A stretch of DNA of 64,000 nucleotides from an uncultured Planctomycetota bacterium (GTDB lineage: Bacteria; Planctomycetota; Planctomycetia; Isosphaerales; Isosphaeraceae). The notes below the pieces were generated by a model. It worked only from the letters and a program-made list of their open reading frames with translations. It was not told where the DNA came from and made no database searches. Positions 20,601 through 33,498 of this stretch are shown one piece after another. The stretch is from positions 64,001 through 128,000 of the forward strand of contig CAWJTV010000028.1 of NCBI GenBank assembly GCA_963845755.1, read 5' to 3'. Made by a program: the position numbers and the translations under genes. Position 1 is the first letter of the stretch. Each line of letters starts with the position of its first letter.

Positions 20601-22906
20601 TGGCCCGGTCGATAGGCGGGCCGGTCGGTGTAGATGTAGGCGCGGGGACTCAGCCCCTGGGCGACCTGGTTCGGCACGGTCAGGTGCGAGCCGGCGACGT
20701 GCGGCCCGTCGAGGACCAGATAGGTCAACTTTCGGTTCAGCTCGCGGGGCGAATCCCAGTTGCGGAGCAGGATGCCGTCCTGGCCGGTCGTCGCCTCGAG
20801 CACGACCTGACCGTTGTCGGCGACCAGCACCCGTGCACCGGCGCGGCCCTTTCCGGTCTTCATGTCCTGGGCGAAGACGAGGACCTGGTCGCGCGACGTC
20901 TTGACGATCGCGTCCAGATCGCTGCCGATCACCAGTGTCGTGGCCTGGAACGACTTCTCGTCGGTCACCTTGACGACGTAGACACCCGGCAGCTCCAGCT
21001 TCTTCAGGTCGTAGGTCTTCTCGATCGGCTTGTACCTGGCATATCCGGGGACCGGGACCGACCACGAGGCGTCCGGCGCGACGAGACCGATGTCGAGCGT
21101 CTCGACGTTCGCCAGCTCGTTCTTCTTTCGGAAGTAAGCCTCGGCGCTGAGTTTGTACGCGGTGAAGCTGAGCGTCTCGATGTTCCGCGACGTGATCTTG
21201 AGGTGGGCCTCTTCGCCCGATCGGAAGGTGCGCGGTGTGATGACAACCAGGTACTTCGATTCCATCACGTCGATCCGCCGGAGCGCCTGTGATCGCCAGG
21301 GCTCGACGGTGATCTTCTTGAAGCGCTCGATGGCCTCGGCCGGATCGCCCTTCTCCGTCTCGAAGATCGCAGCCGTCTGGTACTGGGCGTGGGCCGCCGG
21401 CTCGCTATCCGGGAACTTGCTGGTCAAGGTCTCCCAGGCGGCGATCGCCCGGTCCCATTGCTTTTCCTTCTCGAAACTATGGCCGATCAGGTAGAGGATC
21501 GCGGGAACGCGCGAGTCGAGTGGGTTTTGAGCGACGAATTCCGACCAGGCCGCGCGGGCCTCGGCGAAGTGACTGCGACCCTGGTGATCCTGGGCGATCA
21601 TGAGCTGCGCGGTGAGGATGGCCCGCTGGGCATCGGCGCTCTGCGGCCCGTTGGGGAACCGGGCGAGATAGCCCTTCCACGCCGCGATCGCCTCGGCGAA
21701 CTTCTGCTGTCCCTGGAGGATCGCTCCGACCCGGTAGGATGCCGCCATCGACAGCGAGGCCCAATCGCGCCGCGCCTCGTCGGTCTCGATCTTGAACCCC
21801 TCCTCCTTGAGGAATCGCGTGAACGCATCGAGCGCCTGGTTATCCTTGCCGCGGACCTGATAGGCGGAGCCAATCTCGAAAGCAGCCTGAACCGCGCGAG
21901 GATGCGCGGGCACGGCAGCCAGGAATCGTTCGAGGGTTGCCACCCCCAGGTTCAGGCTCGTATCGTCGGGCGGATTGGGTATGCCGTAAGTGGAGGGGAT
22001 CTCGGAAAGAGCCTGCGCGCGGATCGCGTCGATGGCCGGCGTCCGATCGGCCGGCTTCAGACGCTCGATATCCCGCGACAGGTCGGTCCAGGTCAGTCGT
22101 GCGGGGAGGGGCTGATTGACTTTCTGCTGTGCCTCGCCCAGCCGCAACCGGACCGTGAGCCGGTCGGCTCCTGCGGGGTAGTCTGCCAGATAGGCCTGGA
22201 AGTTCTCGATCGCTCGACCGAAGTTCCCGGCTGCGAGACTGGCTCGACCCATCGCGAAAAGGAACGTGGCGCGCAGGGCCGGGCTCTTGGCGAGGTCGCG
22301 TGCCTGGTCGAGCAGCTCGTACGCCGCGTTGGGATCGGCCCTGACCAAAGGATCGTCCGGTTCCAGTAAGCGGCGTGCAAACGCATGGTAGACCTCGGCC
22401 AGCCGGTCCTTGCGGTCGCCGGCCAGCAGTCGTTCGGCCTCGGAGCGGGTCAACTGCTCGGCGGCGGCCAGGTTCCCCGAGGCCAGCTCGATCCCCGCCA
22501 GCTCGAAGCGGATCTTGGCTTCCCATCGGGTCACGGGCGCGGCCTGGAGCGCCGACCGGAGCGTTTCTCGGGCGGCGTCGCGATTCCCGGCGAGTCGTTC
22601 CGCAATCCCTCGGAGGTAGCCGAAATACGCCCGATCGTTCGCGTCCTTCGCGTTCTCGCCCAATCCGATCAAGGCCCGACGCGCGTCCTCATAACGGCCT
22701 TCCTGCATCGCGGCCACGAGTTCCGCAGGGATCGTGGGTGCTGCCGGGTCGATTGCGCTCCTGGCCGTTACGACGGCCGGCAATGCAACCCCGGGATCGA
22801 CCTCGAACGCTCCCGACCGCAAACCCGCCAAACCCACGAGCATGATCCAGGCGGCCCCGACGGGGATTCTCGGCCCGATTAGTCGTCTCACGGTTGCTGC
22901 CTCCAT
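14626..22906 (-). CDS. Giant secreted TPR + alpha-2-macroglobulin (MG2) family protein, split in five ORFs by frameshifts
   Basis: ORFs 18941..22909, 17760..18944, 16372..17889, 14972..17002, 14626..15138 join in order: signal peptide, TPRs, YIYTDRPAYRPGQ (MG2), LSIAMVDQSL, RERYVESAYWNPAVVT, QNPDGGWPW, YLVVQEHLPAG, further TPRs. Confidence 0.88.
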
Positions 22907-23776
22907 CAAAAGTTGAGCACGACGGGTGGATGGCCTGGGTCCTTCGGGAAGCAGTCTCAGCTTCGGTCGAGGACCTTGTTCAAGCTGAAAATCCTTGAAG
23001 TGTCAGGAATTACAGTTCCGAAGGGCACGACCCGGTCGCCTGCCAAGGAACTCCATGGGAGGAAGGGGCGGCGGGCCCACCGATCTCACAATCACACAAC
23101 CCGCCAGCGATTCTACCTCTCCCTCCGCGGTTTTGAGCCCCTCAAGTCAGAATTGGTTCCCGAGACCGATGAAATCCTTCGGAGTTGCTCCGCGCCAGAT
23201 TCCGGCTTTCCTTCAGACTTGACGTACGAAGACCTTTTTTCTTTGTCCCAAACGGGAAAGTTCGCCCGTATCCGCGTGGAGATGCGGATCGATTACGTTG
23301 TCCTCCTCCGCCGTTCCAAAGCGTTCGATGATTGCATCGAGTGAGAAACCAGCCCAGCGGAACGGCCCGCGACTGGAACTCTCATCGTATTCCCTGGTCT
23401 CATTTCCCGTTAGAAAGACGAACTCGGCCTGAAGATGCCGCAGCATCACGCTCCGGCGTGCCTTCGCATTGCGACCGAGTCATCACGAGTGTGTGAAATC
23501 GAGGTTGGCCGAGCGAATTGCTAGAAATGGGCATCGCAAGGATCAACGCCATTCTGTATCCATGCACGCATTTTATTGCATGAATTGAGGTTCAGTACTT
23601 GGTGGTGGTGGGATTTTTAGGAATAATGTGTCGCCGTGCGTCGCCTTATTTCGAGATGACACAACAGTGGAGTTCCTGTATCTAAGACATCAGGGGTTTG
23701 CAGAAACTCTATTCGAACAGGATTGCGGAGTGATTCGTGACGAGGTGGACCATTCACGGAAGAGTCGGAGACTGAA

Positions 23777-25708
23777 GTGCCATTCCAGGGTCGAGACGAT
23801 GGAAAACGAGCCCGCAAGGGACCCGATCCGGGTTCGCGTACCCGTCATGGCTTGAGTGCGACTCGGTCCGCGCCCTGGTTGTCCGCCATCGAAACTCTGG
23901 AACCGCGCGTCCTCCTCTCCGCCGCCAGCTCACTTTCGAAGATACTCCTGGTCTCGGAACACGAGTTCCCACGCTCCCCGATTGTGATCGTTCCCTTGGT
24001 CTCCCATACGACGCGGGCGGTCAGTCCGGTTAAGGTCATCGAAGGACCCGTGAATCTCGCGTCAACGATGATGGAGACCGGTTTCCCGGCCGACGACGTG
24101 CCCGGCCTGCGGATCTCGGGAACCGTTGCGCTCGACTCGCCTCCGGCGATCGGAGGTACGAGCAAATCCTCGTCGGGAGTCGGAGGGATGCCCGGTCCGA
24201 ACATGACCGTGGCGGGGTACTCCACGTCTCCGCTCGATGAGGAGTCCTTCGCCCCGGTTGTGATCGTCGATCCCGCTTTGGAGACGGATGCGGGTTACGG
24301 GACCATCTCGGATCCCCTCAGTTGGCCTCCCCCGCCGCCGGGAGTGCCCGTATCGAGTTCGGGAGTCGTGGCCACGACTCCGGTTTTCGGTGCATCGGGT
24401 GGTGACGAGGTTAGCCTGGCAGGAATACCCGAAGATCGCCACGTACAAGTTGTCTCGACTCTGGACAGCACTGAAACCTCCATGTCGGTCTTGATCCCCG
24501 TCGGCCCTGCCACCGAGGCGGTCGGAGTAAGCCTGCACTCCATGACCGTTGACGACCCGGGGGCGATGCCGGTCGTCGAAGAGATGGTGCTGGAAGACGA
24601 GGAGGGCGACCCGATCGCCCAGTTGGGTCCGTTCAATGTCAATGGACCGGCGACGTATCCGGTCCGGTCGTTGACCGTTGCACTCGAGGACGCGCCGACG
24701 GGCGGGAACCTGCTCGTGCAGGTATCGCTTCCCTTGAAGAGCAGCTCAGGGGCGGGGACCGTGACGACGTCACCCCAGACCCTGGGCTCGGCACTGCCCT
24801 TCATGATGGATATCCAGCGTCAGGACGTGACCGCTGCCGTGAGTTCCACCGGGGGGATCGCGATACTCGGTGCGCTCCCCGGACAACTGGGGTCGGGGAT
24901 CGGGACCCTGAATAGCAGCTCCCTGACCGGGCAGGGAGGGAACGCTCTCGACCCGGCCGATTCGTCGAACTCCGAAGGAGAGAACCAGGCGCAAACGATC
25001 GTCGTGAATCCGGGGAATGTTCTCCCGCCGACCAAGGATCCCGCGGATTCCGGAGAGACGTTCAAGGCGAGCGCCGACCTCGGGGTGGGAACTGGACCAC
25101 TGGTATCGCGAAGCTCGTCCCCGCTCGGACCCATCCTGGCCACTCTGCTCGCCGATCCGGCCCCGCCGGTGGATCGCCATGAGCGGGCACTCTTCCAGTT
25201 CATCGAGGAGTCGGACTCGGACGATGCCGGCGCTGCCGTACTGCGGACCCCGGATGACGCGGAGGTCCAGGAATCGGCGTCAGCGTTGGCCTCAGAACGG
25301 GCATCCGGCGGTACCTCGGATGGTACGCGTGTGGCATTGGCCGGACTCGGAGCATTCCCACTCAAAGTGACGGGCGCCGACGTCGGAAACCAGGACGCCG
25401 ATCTCGCTTCGCTGCTGGTCACTCTCCCGGGATCGCTGCAAGGCATCGGGAGCCTGGCGGTCGTCGCCGCGAAAGATCACGAGATGGCCGACATCTCGGC
25501 CGTGGTGACTTCGGCCCGCGACTCCGAACGCACCGACCGGATCGTTCCCAATTTTCTCATCACCGTATGCGGACTTGCACTGGGAGTGGGACTTACCGCG
25601 AGGCCCCTCCTCCCCGACCTTCTGGGCTTGCTCCCATCGCGATTCTTGTCTCGCTCCCGACGATCCGTTCCAGGCGTGCGCTCCGGCCAAGTAGACAGCG
25701 GCCGGTAG
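23777..25708 (+). CDS. Hypothetical exported/membrane-anchored protein with planctomycete LEPR-XLL motif
   Basis: IETLEPRVLLSAA near the N-terminus, S/T/G/P-rich body, C-terminal hydrophobic segment followed by basic tail; start uncertain. Confidence 0.65.
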   Translation: MPFQGRDDGKRARKGPDPGSRTRHGLSATRSAPWLSAIETLEPRVLLSAASSLSKILLVSEHEFPRSPIVIVPLVSHTTRAVSPVKVIEGPVNLASTMMETGFPADDVPGLRISGTVALDSPPAIGGTSKSSSGVGGMPGPNMTVAGYSTSPLDEESFAPVVIVDPALETDAGYGTISDPLSWPPPPPGVPVSSSGVVATTPVFGASGGDEVSLAGIPEDRHVQVVSTLDSTETSMSVLIPVGPATEAVGVSLHSMTVDDPGAMPVVEEMVLEDEEGDPIAQLGPFNVNGPATYPVRSLTVALEDAPTGGNLLVQVSLPLKSSSGAGTVTTSPQTLGSALPFMMDIQRQDVTAAVSSTGGIAILGALPGQLGSGIGTLNSSSLTGQGGNALDPADSSNSEGENQAQTIVVNPGNVLPPTKDPADSGETFKASADLGVGTGPLVSRSSSPLGPILATLLADPAPPVDRHERALFQFIEESDSDDAGAAVLRTPDDAEVQESASALASERASGGTSDGTRVALAGLGAFPLKVTGADVGNQDADLASLLVTLPGSLQGIGSLAVVAAKDHEMADISAVVTSARDSERTDRIVPNFLITVCGLALGVGLTARPLLPDLLGLLPSRFLSRSRRSVPGVRSGQVDSGR

Positions 25709-28356
<2,648 letters not shown>

Positions 28357-28371
28357 GGTTGGTCCTTCAAA

Positions 28372-29848
28372 CTATTTCCCCACGGTCATGGTGCCGTGGT
28401 CGGTGTCGAGCACGACTGGCCCGTCTTGGCCCTCGACGGCCTCGGCGAATGCCTGTGGGGTCGGCACAGGGCGCTTCGCGACTTTCTGGATCAACTGGCC
28501 TTTCCTCAGACCGGCGGAAGACGCCGGCGATCCGTCCTCGACCTCGGTTACGACGACGCCCGCCAAGGGCTCCTCCAGGAATCCCGGAGCGATCGCCTGG
28601 TAGTTTCGCCCGGTGGAGTAGTCCACGCGCAGCCCGCGCCAGGGGCGGGGCCGGTTGGTGGCGATGATCTCACCGTTGACAGGAAATTTGGCCAGTACGA
28701 TGGCCTTCTCGATCACCGCATCGGCACGGCGAATCTTCAACCGCACGGGCTCGCCGGGGGGAAAAACATTGATCGCCAGGATCAAGGAATCAAAATCCGT
28801 CACCGGCACGTCGTTGACGGCGATGATCTCATCGTTGACCTGGAGGTCTCCCAGCGAGGCTGGTGTGTTCCGCTGCACTTTATCGACGCGGTTGGTGTGA
28901 TTGGGATCGGCCTGGATTCCGAGGAGTCCATACTGGACCTCACGACCTTCCTTGAGGGTCTCGACGGCGCGGCGGCCCGATCCTGTCCATGGGGATGGCA
29001 TAACCCGCCTGGGAGTCGAATCCCGCGGGACTCGAGGCCGTCGTGGTCACACCGACGAGCTCTCCGCTGAGATTGATCACCGCGCCTCCGCTCATGCCGA
29101 GATTCAGCTTGGAGTCGAGCTGAAGGAGGGTCGGATAGTTCTGAAGTCGAGGGTTCTTGCGAGTCATGCTATCCGCGGGATCGTCGAGGTCGACATCGAG
29201 ACGTCGGGCCCGGTTGGACAGGATGCCCCAGCTCGCCGAGGGGCTCCCATCCCGCGCCGCGTTGAACGGGTTGCCCAATGCGATCAGAAACGAACCCTTG
29301 CGGAGCCGCGAGGCATCGCCGATCGCCAGCGGCTTCAAGCGTGGAGGCTCCACTCCGGGGAGCGCACGGGGAGCGATCACCGCCAGGTCACTACGGGGGT
29401 CCGCGGCGATGACCTCTGCATAGAACCACCGGTGTCCCGTTGCGCGGACTTTCAAGCTGGCCGCACCGCGTACGACATGAAACGCGGTCAGGATCTGGCC
29501 CTTGGTGCCAATGACGACTCCCGCGCCGTAATCGAACGAGATAAAGTCATCGGGGTCCGACGGCCGGCGCAGCCGAACATCCAGCTCGGTCGGTTCCCGC
29601 AACAAATGGGCCGGCTTTCGACCACGGACCGCCTGGGTCTCCCCGGGGTTCCCGGCCTTTTCCCGGTGAATCGCGACCACGGACGGCTCGGCCTTGGCGA
29701 TCGCTTCGGCCATGACGGTCTCCAGCGAGGTAACGACGTCGGCCGGTTTGGGTCCTGGTGTCGAGCCGGACGCGGGCGATTGTGGACCGTCCAGATTCCA
29801 GGCGAGGCAACACACGATGACGAGCGAGGTCATGATCGGGTCCTTCAT
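28372..29848 (-). CDS. HtrA/DegP-like trypsin serine protease with PDZ domains (frameshift near ~28980)
   Basis: ILTAFHVV, SDLAVI, LNLGMSGGAVIN triad; two PDZ-like segments in ORF 28372..29001. Confidence 0.9.
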
Positions 29849-30422
29849 TCTGGAGCCGGCGCCAGCGGGAAATACCTCCCGGATGGGCCGCCTGCCCCGC
29901 GCAGTCGCACGTCTCCATCATTTCCGGTTCCCGTCGCAGGAGCAACCCGAGATCCAGACGGCATTCCCCAAACTACATGGCCAGAGGGGTCCGAGCCGGA
30001 CGAAGTTCACTCCCGGAATCCTCGAAGAAACCCCTACCAGGAAGGACGGAGAGGGCCCGCGTATCGGGAGTTGACACCGCGCCACTTCCGTCGGATAGTA
30101 AAGGCTAAGCTTATCTCACGTTATCCCAGCGCCCTGGATCATACTGGTTGGGCGGGAGCGCGTCCGGACGACCCGCAAGGACCCTCGGGCCGCCCAGGTC
30201 GATGCTCGGCGGACTCGCCAGGAAACCTCAGGAATCCGCGTGAGCTGGGAAATCGCTCGGGATAGTCCCGGGATGTCGAAGGTGTCGCAACGGCTCGCAC
30301 CCTCGGGGCGACCCGGGCGAGCATGATTGAAGTCACTGATCGTGGTCGCAGCCGTATTCCTAAGGGTTTCGGTGTCGCTCCGGGCCTGGGTGATCTGGTT
30401 CCTGTCGGTGGAGACTTCTTCG

Positions 30423-31328
30423 ATGTGGCAGCTCTTGCATTCCCGACGAGCCGGGATCTCCGGACGGCGGTGGATAGTATTCACGATTCTCAGCGGCCTG
30501 CTGGCGGGGATGGCTGCCAGCGAAATCGGACGGGTCCATGCCCAGGAGCCGGGCAAGGCTCCGGCCCCCGAGGCGAAGGAGCGCCCGCACCCAAGGACGA
30601 GAACCCCGCGCCGGGAGGTGCTGACGCGGCACCGACGGCCAATCCCGCCGCACCCGCCGCGGCCGGTGATGCGGGTTCCAAGCCGCCGGACAACCTGCTC
30701 ACCCTGGCAGTGCGCTCCTCCGGACCGATCGGGGCGTTCCTCTTGCTGCTGTCCATCTATTTCACCGCACTGGTGATTCGCCTATTCATGGAATTGCGAG
30801 TCAGCGAGGCCGTGCCGGCGCCCCTGGTTCGACCGGCTCGAAGGCGCGATTCGTGACAAGAAGTTCCAGGATGCCTACGACGCCTGCAAGGACAACGATT
30901 CCTATCTGGCACGATTGGTCCGGACCGGGATCGCCAACCTTCCCAATGGACGGAGCGAGGCCAAAGAGGCCATGCTCGAGGCATCCGACGAGATCGTCAC
31001 CAGCATGGACATGCGGATCAGCTACCTGGCCATCATCGGTACACTCGGGCCGATGATCGGGCTGGTCGGCACGATCTGGGGGATGATCATGAGCTTCAAG
31101 GAGATCGCCATGGCCGCCGGCGCCCAACCTCGGCCGGATCAGGTCGCCCAGGGCATCTCGACGGCGCTGTTCATCACGCTGGAGGGCGTCTCGCTCTCGG
31201 TCCCGGCGATCTTCTTCTTCGCCTTCTTCCGGAATCGGATCGCCCAGATGACCATGGAGGCGACCCGCGTTGCCGATCGGACCATCAACTCTCTCGTCGC
31301 CGCGGCCAAGGCCGCCAAGACGGCCTGA
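30423..31328 (+). CDS. exbB: MotA/TolQ/ExbB proton channel family protein (frameshifts near ~30590 and ~30832)
   Basis: Signal peptide ...VHAQEP; SGPIGAFLLLLSIYF; IGTLGPMIGLVGTIWGMIMSF; GISTALFITLEG. Confidence 0.88.
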
Positions 31329-31351
31329 CCCCATCGTCCGGAGGTGTTGCC

Positions 31352-31819
31352 ATGGCCGGATCGACGAGCATCGAGCTCAAGGCCGAGCCCAATCTGACGC
31401 CACTGCTCGATGTGGTCTTCCAGTTGATCACGTTCTTCATGCTGGTCATGAACTTCAGCAACGACAACTACGACCAACGGATTCGCCTTCCCGTGGCCGG
31501 CTCGGCCCGGCCGATCGAGGATGAATCGCACGTCGAGGATCGCCTGGTCCTCAACGTGGACCAGGATGGCCACCTACTCATGGGCGGCGAGGTCCAGCCC
31601 CTCCACAAAGCCATTCAGACGATCAAGCATCAGGCCGACCTGGTCAAGCTCAATCTCAAGGCGGGCGGCATCAAACTGGACGCCTCGGGAAGCCTGCCGA
31701 CGACGATCGTGCTCCGCGCCGACAAGGAGACGTCGTTTTCCTCCGTGCTTGGCCTGATCAAGGCTTGTCAGGCGAACGGGTTCCGTAAGTTTGCGCTCAA
31801 GGCGATGAATGCGGGTTAG
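31352..31819 (+). CDS. exbD: ExbD/TolR family protein
   Basis: PNLTPLLDVVFQLITFFML; IVLRADKET; GGAGG SD. Confidence 0.92.
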   Translation: MAGSTSIELKAEPNLTPLLDVVFQLITFFMLVMNFSNDNYDQRIRLPVAGSARPIEDESHVEDRLVLNVDQDGHLLMGGEVQPLHKAIQTIKHQADLVKLNLKAGGIKLDASGSLPTTIVLRADKETSFSSVLGLIKACQANGFRKFALKAMNAG

Positions 31820-31864
31820 TTCGCTCGATCCCCCGATCGATTACCCTTTGCGGGAGTACGAGCC

Positions 31865-32371
31865 TTGCGTCACAAGAAGAAGAAGCGACAAGCCGAAGAA
31901 CCCACGATTCCGGTCGCACCGATGCTGGACATGGCCTTCCAGCTCCTGACGTTTTTCGTCCTCACGTACCGGCCGATGCCGTCCGAAGGCCAGTTTGTGA
32001 TGAACCTGCTGCCCCCGCAACCGGCGACGTCGATCACGGCGGAGGCACCCGCCGAGGCGGCGTCCGACAAGCTGCCCGCATCGCTGCGGACGCTGCCGAC
32101 GATCCTCAGGGCCGGAGCGGGCGGAAGTCTGGGACAGATTCAGGTCGGCGAGCAGACGATCCCCACGGATCCGTCGGCATTGGAAAAGGAACTGGACAAG
32201 TACTTCCAGGATCCGAACTTACCGTTCGATCAGACCTTGCTCAAGGTCAACCCACGCCTCAAGTATTCGGAGTTGATGAAGGTCATCAATGCCTTCTCCA
32301 ACGCGTTCGTCCGCGCCAAGAAGGAGCCGAAGGTGAGCTTCGACGAACTGGTTCCGGGTGAGGAAGGCTGA
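31865..32371 (+). CDS. exbD: Second ExbD/TolR family protein
   Basis: IPVAPMLDMAFQLLTFFVLT; TTG start with GGAG upstream. Confidence 0.85.
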   Translation: MRHKKKKRQAEEPTIPVAPMLDMAFQLLTFFVLTYRPMPSEGQFVMNLLPPQPATSITAEAPAEAASDKLPASLRTLPTILRAGAGGSLGQIQVGEQTIPTDPSALEKELDKYFQDPNLPFDQTLLKVNPRLKYSELMKVINAFSNAFVRAKKEPKVSFDELVPGEEG

Positions 32372-32401
32372 CAGGCGTAGGCTATCGAGGAGTGATCGAT
32401 C

Positions 32402-33283
32402 GTGGAGCGTTCCTCGTCATTCTTCCGCGGCTCGGAATTCTCTCGCCTGGTGATATTGTCGGTCATCTTGATCGGTGGTTGGGTCGGGTTCTGGTACTAC
32501 TGCGCAGCAGCAGCCCAAGCTGCCCGAGCCGCCGCTCAGGGCCACAGAACCGCCCGAACCGGTTGTCGCCGATCGTTCGATCGATTTCGAGACGGTCACG
32601 GATTGGACGCCGATGTCGTTCCGCGATAATGCGGGGTTCGCCCGGCTTCTGGACCGAGTACGGACCAGGACACCGAACGACCTGGCCGGCGAGAGCCGCC
32701 GCGACGTCCTCGCCACGCACCTCTGGGAGCGACCGGAGCACTACCGAGGCGTTCCGATTCACCTGGCCGGCACGGCGCTTCGCGTCATCCGACAAGATTC
32801 CAAGCTCAGCAAGACCGGCTGGCTCTACGAGGCATCGATCCTCACGCCCGAAGCGCGGCGGGTTCCGTATCAGTGTGTCTTCGAGGACGTCCCCAAGGGA
32901 TTTCCGATCAGCCCGAACATCTCCGAGCGCGTCGTCTTCAACGGCTACTTTCTCAAGGTCATGAAGTACGAGGCCGGCGACCTGTGCGCGGGGCACCGGT
33001 CCTCATCGGCCGCATTGGCTGGGAACCCGGTGACTCCGCCGAGGCGGATAACCAGGGGATGGGTTCGACCTTGAGATGGACGCTGATCGGCCTCGGTGCG
33101 ATGTTCTTCATCTCTCTGGTACGCTGGCTGATTCCGCTCCGTCGAATCTTCACGCGTCCCGGCGCGAACGTGGAGCCCAGAACGATCGTGAAGGACGAGC
33201 TCGACCCCGGACACCTCGATGCCTGGGTCCAATCCGTGACTCAGGAACCGGGCTCCAACGACCCTAACTCGATCCAGAGCTGA
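32402..33283 (+). CDS. Hypothetical membrane protein (frameshifts near ~32503 and ~32985)
   Basis: MERSSSFFRGSEFSRLVILSVILIGGWVGFWYY + LWERPEHYRGVPIHLAG...VVFNGYFLKVMKYEAGD + APVLIGRIGW...TM; three consecutive frames form one coherent protein. Confidence 0.7.
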
Positions 33284-33498
33284 CCGTCAATTTGACACGA
33301 GTCGGCGTTCCATCGTCCTTTGTCGAGTTGATCAAAGCGGGGTGTGGACCAACGAGGCATGCAGGACTCTGTATGAGGTATTCGGACAAGCCCCTTGGTG
33401 AGAAGAGTCCGGTTCTCACTGGTCACGGGCGCCGGGCCCCTGGATACTAATGACTGGCCGCTGGCCATCGAATTCTCTCCCACCAGCCGACAAGACGC

